Positions 39,699 to 52,835 of a stretch of 64,000 nucleotides of DNA are shown here, in pieces. The position numbers and the translations under genes are program-made. The DNA comes from Octopus sinensis. Its lineage: Eukaryota. Each line of letters opens with the position of its first letter. Within the stretch, counting starts at the first letter, position 1. The notes beneath the pieces are model-generated. The model ran no database searches. It was not told the origin of the DNA and saw only the letters and a program-made list of their open reading frames with translations. The DNA is taken from assembly GCF_006345805.1 (NCBI RefSeq), contig NC_043010.1:4774001-4838000 (forward strand), read 5' to 3'.

Positions 39699-41298
39699 CT
39701 GAGATATAGAAGTTGCATATTTAAAAAATGTGGAAGAATCATTTAAATTACTGTAAAGCATTGAAGCAATGAACTGAGTTGGATGGGTGATTGATAAAGA
39801 GTGAGTGGAAATAAGTGTTGAATCTTAAAAGGTGATATAGATAATAATACTAAAAAATTCGGGAGAGATGATGACAAAAAAAAAATGGGTGATAAAGATA
39901 ATTAAGAAAAAATACTTTAGCTGTTGAAAAATGTATGTAATAAGAATAAGTAATAAAAATGAGATAAAAAATCATAAATTTCTAGAATATTTATGAATAT
40001 AAAATATTAAAATATAAATTCATAAATGTATAGAATATGGAATTTTAAGTGGGAAAAGAAATCAGAATTGATTTAAAAAATGGATTGGAAATGAGATGGA
40101 TTGAAAAGGTGAAGGTAAAAATTATGCAAAATAGATTAAAAATGAATTAAAAATGACCTAAGGTGAAGTGAAGCAAATCAAAATACAGTAAAAGAAATCA
40201 GCACTCTCAGAGTATTAATCTGGTAACCAAAATAGGATTGAATAAAGCAATGGGTTGTGTGTGTGTGTGTATGTGTGCGCGTGCGTATGTGTGTGTGTGT
40301 ATGTGCTTATGTGAAAAAAAATGAGGCAATGCATGAACAAAACATCATCATCATCATCATCATTTAATGTCTATATTCCATGCTGGCATCAGCTGGATGA
40401 TTTGACTGGATCTGAGGAGTCCAAGAACTGTTCCAGTGCACCAATGTCTGCTTTGGAATTTTTTCTACAGTTGGATGCCTTTCCTAACAGTAACCATTTT
40501 ACGGCATGTACTTGGTGACCTTTTTCATGTCACCTGCTCTATAGGGGCCCCAATGCAGCTTGCAGGAATACAAACCCTGAAGGAGGAAGAAATCAGCTTT
40601 GTGTTAGTGGAAGAGGGGTAAACTATGGGAGAAAGTGGGATAAGAGTGGGTTCTTTTAGGGGATCTGCATGGCTACTCACATTTGGAGAAAGGGAAAAGA
40701 GAAATGATCAGTAGGAGCTGCGAAGGGATAGATAATGGTGATGAGGTACTCAGGTGACCCATAAAAGCACAAGGTAAGTAGAAGTAGGTGGCTGGTTTGC
40801 AAGATTGTGTGGGGAGCAGGAGATGCAGGAATGAGGAGGTGGATGGTAAGATTAAGATTTGGGTAGGGTTGTAGGGTGAATGAACAATGAGCCATCAGGT
40901 GGGGAAGCGAGAGGGATGCAGAAAGAAACGAGTTGAGGGTGACAAGAAGCAAGATTAGTAATGATCACACAGTTGACGGGGAGGGGACAAAAGAGAGAGA
41001 GAGAAAGAGAGAGTGAGAGAAAGAGAGAGAACACATTTGGGTAGTCTGTAGAAGCCAGGGTTGTGGAAGAGGCAGGTATACTACACAGGAGGGGAGGATA
41101 GGTTACTGTAACATGGGTGGAGGACAGTATACCTAGCATTTCCAGAACTCAGTTTTTGCTGCAGAATGTGCATTTTTTTGAGAACCTTATAATTCCTGAC
41201 TTCCCAGTCCTTTGTCCTCTACTCTATGAAGCCCAGGTCCTCAAATCAGCCTTCACCATTTTATTCCATGTTTTTCTTAGTTTTCCTCTTCTGCAAGT

Positions 41299-42184
41299 TC
41301 CAAGTGCATCCTAGAAGTATTCAGATTTTTTTAGGAGAGACAGTCATAACTGTCCCAAATTATTTTAATTTTCATATATCATTATTATATATCTAATAAG
41401 CTGACCTGCAAAGGTCAGCTATTCTAGTTTTAATTGAAGGAGAACACTAAATACACTCGTCACTGCAGACTAGTTTGCAAAATGCAGTTAGAATGTTTTG
41501 AAGTTTGCCATGCAATAAAGTCTTGTATTAAACTGGGTAAAAACACTACAGAATCTTGTGAAATACTCCAGACTACTTATAGATTAATTTTTTTGTGGCA
41601 CAAAAGGTTTAAGGATCTTCGAGAGGAGATGAGAAATGATGAGAGATATGGAAAGGAGAGGAATGTCAGAACATTGGAACATCGGAGCTAGTTAAGAAAA
41701 TTTGCAATTTTTTGGATCAAGTGCTTGTGTGCATTTATAATGACAATATGTTTACTGGTCAGATCTTCATGAATTAGTCTGTGTACTAATTTATGAAGAT
41801 CTGAACATGCACAAAATTTGTTGAAAGTTTGTTCTTAGGGTGTTCATTGATATGCGTCCTGTAAAAACTGCTTGAGAGAGATGGATATCAACAATGTTCC
41901 TCATCGTCCCTACAGTCCTGAACTTGCTCTCTATGATTTTTGGTTGTTTCCCAAGCTAAAGGAGAACTTCAAGGGCAGTTGTTTTGAATACGAAGGAAGC
42001 TGTGACAAGGTTTCTGGACATTTTCCTTTCGGAGGTCTTCCATGGGGACTTCAAAAGTGGTTGGGGCATTACAACAAGTGCACTGAAGTCAGAAGGTCCT
42101 TCTTAGAGGAGATTTGCCTTGTACTTGTTTGAAATTAATGAATGTCTCACCTGAAAAGCCTGACATCTTTTTGAATGAGCTTCA
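41299..42184 (+). mobile_element. Internally deleted mariner element (~890 bp)
   Basis: Degenerate ~50-bp TIRs; N-terminal HAIKSCIKLGKNTTE...WHKRFK and C-terminal HRPYSPELALYDFWLFPKLK remnants. Confidence 0.75.
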
Positions 42185-42195
42185 TATCTGCTGAG

Positions 42196-42526
42196 ATGCT
42201 CTTCGGTCATGACTGACCATGGGATTGCACCTAGAAAGTTACTCTCCCAGGCACAAGACCGGGCAAGATTGTTCATGGAAGACCAACAGTTGCCCATGCA
42301 TACTGGCCTCCCTTCTCCATGCCACCAGTGTTATCCAAGGGAAAGGCAAAGGCCAATACAGCTTGGTACCTGTGATGTCACAACTCATTTCTACAGCTGA
42401 GTGAATGGGAGCAACGTGAAATAAAGTGTCTTGCTCACAAACAAAACACGCAGCCCGGTCCGGGATTCGAACTCACAACCTCACGATCATAAGCTCGACA
42501 TTCTAACCACTGAGCCATGTGCCTTC
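42196..42526 (-). mobile_element. tRNA-derived SINE family I with intact Pol III boxes
   Basis: A-box TGGCTCAGTGG and B-box GTTCGAATCC on the minus strand; decayed relatives at ~22560-22730, 27120-27350, 34130-34370 and 37540-38085. Confidence 0.75.
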
Positions 42527-43284
42527 ACAGAGGCTTCAGATATATATATATATATGGAGTATATATTCGGGGTGTTCTAGGTGTGCCCTGCATACCCATA
42601 AAAAATGGCAAATTCATTAAATCACAAATCTTAATGGAAAACTTTTGTTATACCCCTACTTGAAATATGGTGGCATTGGGTGTGGCAGCACACCCAATAC
42701 AACAACCACTATATGCTACTGATGTACATATATCAGAACACAAGACCTGGCACCAGTCCTGCTTCTCAGTTCAAAGATTTAAGCAAAGCCAACTCCAACA
42801 TTGGGACCAACTTCATGCAAGCATCAAGACATGTTGGTAAAATGCTGCTCCTCTAAATGGAAACCCTTTTCTGTCATTGGGGTTTTGTGACATGAAGCAA
42901 AACAGACCCTGCTGTCCACTCAGGAAAACACATAGTAAATGATCTACAAGCATTCATGTAAACTGAGTGTTCAACTTGTCCCCTTTGTCAAAAAGTTTGC
43001 AAGGCACCAGCAGGCCCCATGAGACACGTTCATATTCATAGAACATGATTAACAAACACGTATTACTGAATCCTCATTTGTCATTCATGACGAGAGGATC
43101 CATGATATAGATGTATACAGGGTTGACCAAAAGTCGCCTGACAGTAAATCGAAATTTCATAAATACTATCTGTAATTCTGTATTGACTCAAAGGACTTCA
43201 GTTTGAACAATTTTCATGATGTTTCATATCTAGATGCTTTTATTAAATTCATTCAGTTGTTAAGCATAAATAAATCTTGGATTT

Positions 43285-43315
<31 letters not shown>

Positions 43316-43324
43316 CAGTCCACG

Positions 43325-43734
43325 TGTGGTAAGTAGCTTGTTTACCAACCACATGGTTCCGGGTTCAGTCCCACTGCGTGGCACCTTCGGCAAGTGTCTT
43401 CTACTATAGCCTCGGGCCGACCAATGCCTTGTGAGTGGATTTGGTAGACGGAAACTGAAAGAAGCCCGTCGTATATATGTGTATATATATATATATGCAT
43501 GTGTGCGTGTGTATGTTTGTGTGTCTGTGTTTGTCCCCCTAGCATTGCTTGACAACCGATGCTGGTGTGTTTATGTCCCCGTTACTTAGCGGTTCGGCAA
43601 AAGAGACCAATAAAATAAGTACTGGGCTTACAAAAGAATAAGTCCCGGGGTCAAGTTGCTCGATTAAAGGTGGTGCTCCAGCATGGCCGCAGTCAAATGA
43701 CTGAAACAAGTAAAAGAGTAAAGAGTAAAGAGTA
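43325..43734 (+). mobile_element. SINE family A copy (slightly 5'-truncated)
   Basis: Match to family A. Confidence 0.85.
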
Positions 43735-44077
43735 TATATCCAAGTACTCAGAAATATATAGCATTGGGCTATATATATATGTGAAAGATTTCTTTGGGCC
43801 TCTTCACCTGACTACGGTTGATTTTCTGTCGTAATTTTCAGTGTTATCATTGGTGGTTTAAATTAGGGTTTTAACACTTATTTCTAGCCAGCAGGCACAT
43901 TTGTGTGTCCTTTTGACTGATATAAATTTTTATTCTATTGGTATATAATGCTATTTTAGGCCTGCAACTATTTATATTATTATTGTTCTTATTATCAACT
44001 ATTTATATTACCCTGGATAATAATAACAATAATATCTATAAAAATATTAACTCCTGAATATTTGCTCCTTATGTATA

Positions 44078-44113
<36 letters not shown>

Positions 44114-44243
44114 TTGTTATATATATGTACATACATACATACACACACAAATATATATATATATATTTGTATATATATATATATATATATATATATGCAT
44201 ATATATTATATATATAATATATATATATATAAATTTGTTTATA

Positions 44244-44279
<36 letters not shown>

Positions 44280-44893
44280 ATAAATATATATATTATATAT
44301 ATAATATATATATGTATATAATATATATATATAAATTTGTTTATATATATATATATCATATATATTTACATTCATACTTATGTGTGTGTGTATGTGTGTG
44401 TGTGTGTGTGTGTGGCTATCTGTTTTTCTTTATGTATCAGTGACTTTCTCTGTTCAGCCATGGATAATGCTTTCCGTTTTGTAAAGTATAGAGAAAGAGA
44501 GATGAACTCACAGACACCAACAAACACCTTCATACAAGCACCACAAGAATGCACACATACACACATTCACACATACTTATCTATGTACATATAATTATGT
44601 GTGGACAAAGATATATACTTGTATATATCTGTATACATATATATATATTATATATAATATATATATATATATATATATTTGCAGTTACATATATATGTAT
44701 ATAGTATATATGTGTGTGAGTGTGTGTGTATGTATATATACACTCACATACATACACATACTCACATATAAGTGTATGGTTTTAATTAATTAAAAATTGG
44801 CAATAAAGAAGAATTAGTTTCTTATATTTATGTATTTTTTCTAATTATAGGAAAGTGTATGACTGTGCATAAATATTAGCATACATACATATA

Positions 44894-44945
<52 letters not shown>

Positions 44946-45077
44946 AACATATATATTCGCGTGAAGACACCTACACACACCACACACATGTCATGTGTAT
45001 CTATATCAATATTATATATATATATAATATGCATAAAAATATGTATATATATCAATATCTGTGTATATATATGTATG

Positions 45078-45121
<44 letters not shown>

Positions 45122-45455
45122 GTATATATATATGTATGTATGTATTTATTTATGTATTGTATATGTTCATATTTGCATATGTGCACTTCCCTCACACGAA
45201 CTATTCTATGGAAGCTGAGGCCAATTGGCACTGACAACAAACACTAGTTCCTGTTAGATGAACAAAATTAAGTAGCTCCAGTGAAGATTAGTAATTAGAT
45301 GGTTCATTGTATCTGAGAATCAGGTTGCATCTAATCTAAATGCTTTGTTCATTTAGATTGTGGCAGTATTGCAAAAACTAAAACATTTCTGATTGAGAAA
45401 AATCTCCAAGAGTTGTTATATTCCATAGTTATTTTCATATATATATATACATACA

Positions 45456-45500
<45 letters not shown>

Positions 45501-45591
45501 ATGATATTATATATATATATATATATATATATCATATATATATGTGTGTGTGTGTATGTAATATATATATATATACATACATTAATATATA

Positions 45592-46135
45592 CAGGGCGTG
45601 ACGGGTAAGTTGTTGCCATATTCTATTTTTAATTTTGTGCACGCACATTGTTTGTTTTGGATTTTGTCCACTACACAGTATAGTAGGGTCAGTTGGGCAC
45701 CGTCTGTGAGAAAAACATTATTCACTCTGCCAGAAATTTGGTAACGACATGTTGTACTACTTGTCATTCACAATGGAAGCTCCAATACGAACATTTCAGA
45801 GTGTTTGGGTGTCAATCTGAGGAATATGCATGTACCAAGAGTGATAAAATTCAAACATCCAGTTCACATCATGGGGTTTGGAGTGACTAGTAGTGATAGT
45901 GATGTTATGCCTCCATTCATCTTTCCACATGGCCTCAGACTCAACATGGTTTCCTACATGAAGTGCCTGAAGGAGGTAGTGTTGCCCTAGGTCAAGCGGG
46001 TGGCTGCTGAAAGATTTTTCGTCTAGCAACAAGATTCTGTCCCATGCCACACAAGCAGGAGAACCCAGTCATAGCTGTCAGACAATTTCTATGACCACAT
46101 TACTCCTAACATCTGACCACCTACCTGCCCATCAA
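45592..46135 (+). mobile_element. Decayed maT/DD37D-type Tc1-mariner element, internally deleted and 3'-truncated
   Basis: TA|CAGGGCGTGACGGGTAA terminus; KHPVHIMGFGVTSSDSDVMPPFIFPHGLRLN...QQDSVPCHTSRRTQS motif; 5' fragment of the same family at 18745-18965. Confidence 0.75.
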
Positions 46136-46385
46136 TCTTTCTGATGATAGCTTTTTAGCTGAAACCTGAGAGTCAGTGTTGAAGTAGATATTTACTCTAC
46201 TAAAAAATATTCTGCATTATTTCAGTTTAAAGTGAAATTACTTTTATATATAACTTCACAGAAAAACGATATATATTTTTAAACACACACATGAACACAC
46301 ACACACATGTACACATAATTTATTATTGAACCTTCATCTGATGAGTTACGGATAGGAATTTCTATACATTATTCTGCATGCTTAC

Positions 46386-46414
46386 CTTTGTAACTCTTAT
46401 CCTCTAATGAAACA
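46386..46414 (-). CDS. Candidate 29-nt exon: VSLEDKSYK
   Basis: Acceptor atttctctttctatgttataag|; consensus donor AAG|gtaagc; single open frame, phase 2 to 1. Confidence 0.4.
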
Positions 46415-46520
46415 CTTATAACATAGAAAGAGAAATATACCCAAATTGTTTCCACTCAATTCTATATATGTGTGTGTGTGTATAATATAAATAACACATA
46501 TATATGTATATATGTATATA

Positions 46521-46569
<49 letters not shown>

Positions 46570-46639
46570 CGGAGATGTACTTGCATAGCAAGTGACCTGA
46601 TCTGAGATAGTGTGCTGAAACGAAAACAATTGCAGCATG

Positions 46640-46894
46640 GAAGGTGTTTATAAGCCATTTAAAAACACAGAGAAACCATCAGATGCACTTCAACATTTAA
46701 ATTTAATTTGACAAAATATTTTCATCACTTTGAGACAGCAACTCTTCACTAACAAAAATGGATACAGCACAGAATTTTGTCAGTGAACAGGTCACAGTCT
46801 CAATGTGACGAAAATATTTTGGCAAATTAAATTTAAATGTTGAAGTGAATCTAACGGTTTTTTGTGTGTTTTTAAATGGCTTATAAACACCTTT
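46640..46894. repeat. Long inverted repeat (arms ~120 bp, spacer ~15 bp)
   Basis: 46640-46758 is the approximate reverse complement of 46774-46894. Confidence 0.85.
46776..46826 (+). ncRNA. Hammerhead-like motif with a G3-C8 swapped core
   Basis: UUUGUCA-GUGAACA-G-GUCAC(AGUCUCAAU)GUGAC-GAAA-AUAU-UU-UGGCAAA; 7-bp stem I, 5-bp stem II, palindromic AAUAUU stem III. Confidence 0.4.
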
Positions 46895-47440
46895 CAATCT
46901 TATCCTCTAATGAAACACTTGTATCATAGAAAGAAAAATATACCAAAATTTTTTCCAATCTATTCTATATATGTGTGTGTGTATGTGTATAATATAAATA
47001 TATATAATATGAATAATATGTAACTTGCAAAGCCTTTTGGGTTCGTTTATAAAAATATTATTTATGTAGTATTCAGACAGTCTAAGTATATATTAACTAA
47101 ATTTGACTGAAATTGATGGGTGAGCTTTTGGCAAATCAGATTCGCAAGGAGCCATGAAAGCATCGATTTGTGGGTTTGATTCAGCCTGAGATTAGCTCAC
47201 CATTTTTCGGTCAGTTGTTTATATTTATAAATTGTCGCTTCAAAATCGGAGAGTAAATATCATTATGATATATATTATATACAGTTATTGTACAGTTATT
47301 ATACTATGAGCCTTCCATCGTAGCTTTCTCCCTGTAACTTGCAAAGCCTTTCAGGTTTGTTTATAAAAATATTATTTATGTAGTTATATATATATTATAA
47401 TATATATATATATATATATATATTATATACATAGACATAT

Positions 47441-47645
47441 AGTTTATCCAACAAGAAAGCACAAAAAACACAACAGCGCGAGGACGTGGAACAAATATAG
47501 TATTATTGGACACTCAGGAAAGAAGGAAAGAAGGAGGATTTAACGTTTCGAGCAGAGCTCTTCATCAGAAACATAGGAGAAGGAAAGATCCAGAGAAGGG
47601 AAGACATAGGGAAAAAAATCGCCAACGGTACACACGAGGTCACAT
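47441..47645 (-). mobile_element. Hammerhead-bearing ~200-bp repeat, probably a Penelope-like terminal repeat; second copy at 59083-59289
   Basis: The two copies are highly similar and both flanked by (TA)n; contains the 47538-47572 motif. The Penelope assignment is inferred from the hammerhead type. Confidence 0.55.
47538..47572 (-). ncRNA. Minimal hammerhead ribozyme motif (Penelope-type) with a canonical core
   Basis: GUUU-CUGAUGA-A-GAGC(UCU)GCUC-GAAA-CG-UU-AAAU; stem III is only the palindrome ACGU, as in dimer-type minimal hammerheads. Confidence 0.5.
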
Positions 47646-47651
47646 TTTGAA

Positions 47652-47723
<72 letters not shown>

Positions 47724-48203
47724 GCATATATGGATACAGGACGTCACCAACAGTAAACAACATGAAATACAAAAACAAATGAGTTAAATATGCAAATAAC
47801 AAGAGAAAGAAATGGAAAACAATACAAAGAATACAAAAAACGATCCTTCATCAGTTGTTGGCTGTCTATCTACTCCCCATTTTGAGTAGTCAGCAATAAT
47901 ATGAGTCTTTGAAGACAGTTGCTCCCATAAATACCAAAATAAAATTTTGGATTTATAGAGGGTCAAAGTTAGGAACAAAAACAGGACAGTGGAAATATAC
48001 AGGGAAACCGAATGAAAACAAACGTGGAGGGTTGTTAGACCTGAACCACAGGAAAATAGTGAATGCTGAGAGAAATATCTTTTTTTTTGAAAAGAGAAGA
48101 GATACAAGAGAGAGATATATGACACGTCCTGTCCTTAGAACACCTGTGCAGGAAAGAAAGATGGATAATGGTCAAATGTGAGCAACGAGAGAGAAAAAAA
48201 GAG

Positions 48204-48248
<45 letters not shown>

Positions 48249-48394
48249 CAGACAGACAGATAGAAAACCATGAAAGAGAGAAAAAGGGAATTAGAGAGGA
48301 TGGGGGAGAAAAGAGTATGAAGTAAAGTTGCATCAAGAAAGTAGTCTCTATGGAGTTTGTTTGCTCATTCATACATACATATATATACATATAT

Positions 48395-48803
48395 AGGCAC
48401 AGGAGTGGCTGTGTGGTAAGTAGCTTGCTAACCAACCACATGGTTCTGGGTTCAGTTCCACTGCGTGGCATCTTGGGCAAGTGTCTTCTGCTATAGCCCC
48501 GGGCCGACCAATGCCTTCTAAGGGGATTTGGTAGACGGAAACTGAAAGAAGCCTGTCGGATATATGTATATATATATATATGCGTGTGTGTGTGTTTGTG
48601 TGTGTTTGTCCCCCTAGCATTGCTTGACAACCGATGCTGGTGTGTTTACGTCACCGTCACTTAGCGGTTCGGCAAAAGAGACTGATAGAATAAGTACTGG
48701 GCTTCCAAAGAATAAGTCCCGGGGTTGATTTGCTCGGCTAAAGGTGGTGCTCCAGCATGGCTGCAGTCAAATGACTGAAACAAGTAAAAGAGTAAAAAAG
48801 AGA
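48395..48803 (+). mobile_element. SINE family A copy
   Basis: Match to family A. Confidence 0.85.
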
Positions 48804-49020
48804 TATATATAGCTATCCACATATATGAATATATATATACACGTGTTGTACCCAATAAAGTCTATTACATAGTATATTCTCCTATTTTATTAATACTGTT
48901 ACCCCAACCGCAACTATGAAGTTCCTGCAGTAAATCTACGGATAACAAGAAGCAATCAAAACAGTGCCAGTACTTTACTCATCATCCATTTTCATATTTT
49001 GTACAATTTCTCTATTATAT

Positions 49021-49364
49021 ATCATCATCATCATCATCGTTTAACGTCCGTTTTCCGCACTAGCACAGGTTGGACAGTTCGACCGGGGTCTGGGAAGCCA
49101 GTGGCTGCACCAGGCTCCAGTCTGCAGTGTTTTTACAGCTGGATGCCCTTCCTAACGCCAAGGCACAGGTACCAGGGGAGTCTGGCATCGGCCACGATTA
49201 GTTGGTGCTTTTAACGTGCCACCAGCACGGAAGCCAGCCAAGGTGGCGCTGGCATTGGCCATGTTCCGATGGTGCTTTTTATGTGCCACCGGCGCAGAAG
49301 CCAGTCGAGGCGGTGCTGGCAATGGCCACGTTCGGATGGTGCTTTTTATGTGCCACCGGCACAG
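49021..49364 (-). mobile_element. SINE family C copy with 2-3 diverged tandem units
   Basis: Reverse complement of the 304-798 element. Confidence 0.75.
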
Positions 49365-49668
49365 GTAATATATATGTTTTTTTTATGCACCCTTTTCAAG
49401 CCTTGCCAGGTTCATGGGACTGGTTTCCCAGTTTCTATGGCACATGTGTTCCTCACAGCGTTACTCAAGAAACAGGAAGAAAGAGTGAGGGAAAGTCGGG
49501 GTGAAAGAGTACAACAGGGGTCACCACTACCCCCTGCCAGAGCCTCATGGAGCTTTAGGTGTTTTCTCTCAATAAACACACACAACGCCCAGTCTGGGAA
49601 TTGAAACCACAATCCTCTAACCGTGAGTCCGCTGCCCTAACCACTGGGCCATTGCGCCTCCACACACA

Positions 49669-49722
<54 letters not shown>

Positions 49723-50434
49723 TTGCTGCAGATTATCAAAGGAAGGATGCTCTTTCTGTCACCAACCTTTATCTGTTTCCAAGCAAGGTAACATTTTTCT
49801 AGAGCCAGACATGTTATCACAGAATATTGGAAATGAATGACACTGCTTGTATGATGGTGGCACTTGTTTACAATGATCATTTAATTTCAAGATGAGACAC
49901 AAACACATAAACAAATAAACATACACTCACACATACACATGCTTATATATGTGTGTGTGTGTGAGTGTGTGTGTGCACGTGTGTGTATTTATATCTCCTT
50001 ATCTTGATTCCCTCTATTCTGTGATATGTCAGAACCTGGAGAAATATTACCTTGCTTGGCAATAGCTGAAGGTTGGTGATTAGAAGGGCATCCTTCCCTC
50101 AATAATCTATCACAAATAAACTCCATCTGATCCATGCAAGAATGGAAAAAAATCGACTTCAAATGATGATGGATGATGATAATACATTTAAATATCTACC
50201 TATTTATTTAAACACAGAGCATCTCTGGGGATTGTACAGGTGCTGTAGATTTGAAACCAATAGATCAAGCCCTATTGGGATTTGAAACTAGTGTACAATC
50301 ATCAGATGCCAATTATTCAAATAAATGTTTTGATCTATTTCCAAATGTATTACAGATCTTTGTTAAGTGAATGGCTGCCTAGATTCCCTGATTAAGGCAA
50401 CACCACTATATATGAGTGTATATATACATATATC

Positions 50435-50846
50435 TCTTTTACTCTTTAACTCTTTTACTTGTTTCAGTCATTTGACTGTGGCCATGTTGGAGCACCGCCT
50501 TTAGTCGAGCAAATCGACCCCAGGACTTATTCTTTGTAAGACCAGTACTTATTCTATTGGTCTCTTTTGCCGAACCGCTAAGTGACGGCAATGTAAACAC
50601 ACCAGCATCGGTTGTCAAGCAATGCTAGGGGGACAAACACAGACACACAAACACACACATACATATATATATATACATATATGTGACAGGCTTCTTTCAG
50701 TTTCCGTCTACCAAATCCACTCACAAGGCTTTGGCCAGCCCGAAGCTATAGTAGAAGACACTTGCCCAAGGTGCCACGCAGTGGGACTGAACCCGGAACC
50801 ATGTGGTTGGTAAGCAAGCTACTGACCACACAGCCACTTCTGCACC
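50435..50846 (-). mobile_element. SINE family A copy
   Basis: Reverse-complement match. Confidence 0.85.
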
Positions 50847-51221
50847 TATATATGAATGAAAAATAGAAGTTGAAAATGCACTGGGTATAGTTAAAATATT
50901 TAAGACCAGTCATGTGACTATCCTCTACCAATCAAATCCTATTCAAAATATATGCTAATTTGAACCATGAATTCCCAATAAAAATAGGGCAAGCTTCAAA
51001 CACAAGTCAAAAGCAAGACAGCTGTGACATAAACCACATCTTTCTATTTGAACATTTTGAAAATCAGTGTAAATAGTCACATCGGTTAAAGCTTTAAATA
51101 TATTCATAAAAAATATTTTAACTATTCTCAGTGAATTTTCAACTTCTATTTTTCCTATATTTCTGTGTGGAATAAAATACACACACACCCGCACGTGCAT
51201 ACACACACACACATACACATA

Positions 51222-51790
51222 TCCCTGGGGTATATTCACAAGTGATGGGAAGAATGAGGCTGAATTAAATGCTAGAATCACAGGTGCTGACTTAGTGATA
51301 TGTCATCTCCAACATTCAGTTCTCAAAAGAGGAGGGGCCGGTGAAAAATCCAAACTCACTAACATGAAATTTGTTTCTTTTTTTTGCGCTTATCCTCAAC
51401 TACAGTTATGAATAATGAGTAATGATTGAAAGAGTACGATCGCCAATAAACCAAAATGAAGTTCCTTTGAAGGAGCTCTGAAGCAATGTAACTAACCAGA
51501 TTGCATAGCCTGGTGATCAGGGAGTCTCTCCAGGTCAAGCCACTACTTCTCTGTTATGACAAGTCACAGCTTCACTACTATGTACATATGATGCGACTGT
51601 CACAAGAAAGAATCTTGAGATGTATTCTTTGGGCCGAGCCTATGGGTAGGAGATCTAAGAGTAGACCAAAAAGGAGACTGTTGGATGACATCCACACTCT
51701 CAGCTGGTCACTTCTGGGAATCCAACTGGAAAATCTAATGACCGTTGCTTCTGATATTAGATTCTATGGAGAAGGTATGTGAGGACTCTT
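51222..51790 (+). mobile_element. Decayed RTE-clade LINE fragment (3' part of the RT ORF)
   Basis: DGKNEAELNARITGA...SVLKR and RESLQVKPLLL...KSQLHYYVHMMRL...EPMGRRSKSRPKRRLLDDIH resemble Rex3/Expander-type RTE C-termini. Confidence 0.65.
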
Positions 51791-52224
51791 AACCCAATAA
51801 CCACCCAGGAATTGTAGGCAGAGAAGATGGGTAGATGGATATAACCCCCCCCCCACTCTGCACAGAGAACATACAAATCTGCACATGCATGCATACATAC
51901 ATACAAACAAAAAAACCCTGTTGTTGTTGTTGAAATTCCAATGGATATAGGTTAGAAACCGGTTCTTTCTCTATTGGCAAGAAATCTTGAAATAAACTGA
52001 CTAATGACATACATACGTACATAAATATGTATATATGTCTCTATCAAGTGTTAAAGTCATCTGTAAGAGCACTGCTAACACAGTAGTACACAGTATTGAC
52101 TTATAAAATGTTTAATATACTTTATAGTATATTATGGTTGCATAACGAGATACCATGTCCCTACAAGTGATTAATATGCCTCTCTCTATATATATGTTTG
52201 TGTGTGTGTGTATATATATATATA

Positions 52225-52835
52225 TGCTAAGTGACAGGGATATAAACACACCAGCATTGGTTGTCAAGCAATGCTGGTGCATTTACATCCCTGTAACTTA
52301 GCGGTTCAGCAAAAATGATTGATAAAATAAGTACTAGGCTTACAAAGAATAAGTCCTGCAATCGATTTGCTCACTAAAGGCGCTGCTCCAGCATGGCCAC
52401 AAACAAATGACTGAAACAAGTAAAAGAATAAAGGAATAAAATAAAAATATACACATAGGCGCAGGAGTGGTTGTGTTGTAAGTAGCTTGCGTGGCATCTT
52501 AGGCAAGTGTCTTCTGCTATAGCCCCGAGCCGGGCAATGCCTTGCGAGTGGATTTGGTAGACGGAGACTGAAAGAAGCCTGTCGTATATATGTATATGTA
52601 TATATATGTGTGTGTGTGATTGTGTGTCTGTGTTTGTCCCCCTAGCATTGCTCGACAATCGATGCTGGTGTGTTTACGTCCCCGTCACTTAGTGGTTCGG
52701 CAAAAGAGACCGATAGAATAAGTACTGGGCTTACAAAGAATAAGTCCCAGGGTCGATTTGCTCGACTAAAGGCGGTGCTCCAGCATGGCTGCAGTCAAAT
52801 GACTGAAACAAGTAAAAAAAAGTAAAAAAAGAGTA
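52225..52835 (+). mobile_element. SINE family A: a 3' half followed by a near-full copy with an internal head deletion
   Basis: 52225-52445 is the 3' half; 52458-52835 is the second copy, lacking the B-box segment. Confidence 0.8.

Noticed and set aside
42455-42526. tRNA genes at the heads of SINE families A, D and I
   Set aside because: A/B boxes are present but there is no complete acceptor stem, and each continues into a SINE body.
50218-50370. Plus-strand 50-codon open frame after an AG (SISGDCTGAVDLKPIDQ...)
   Set aside because: Isolated, no recognisable motif and no partner exons found on the plus strand.
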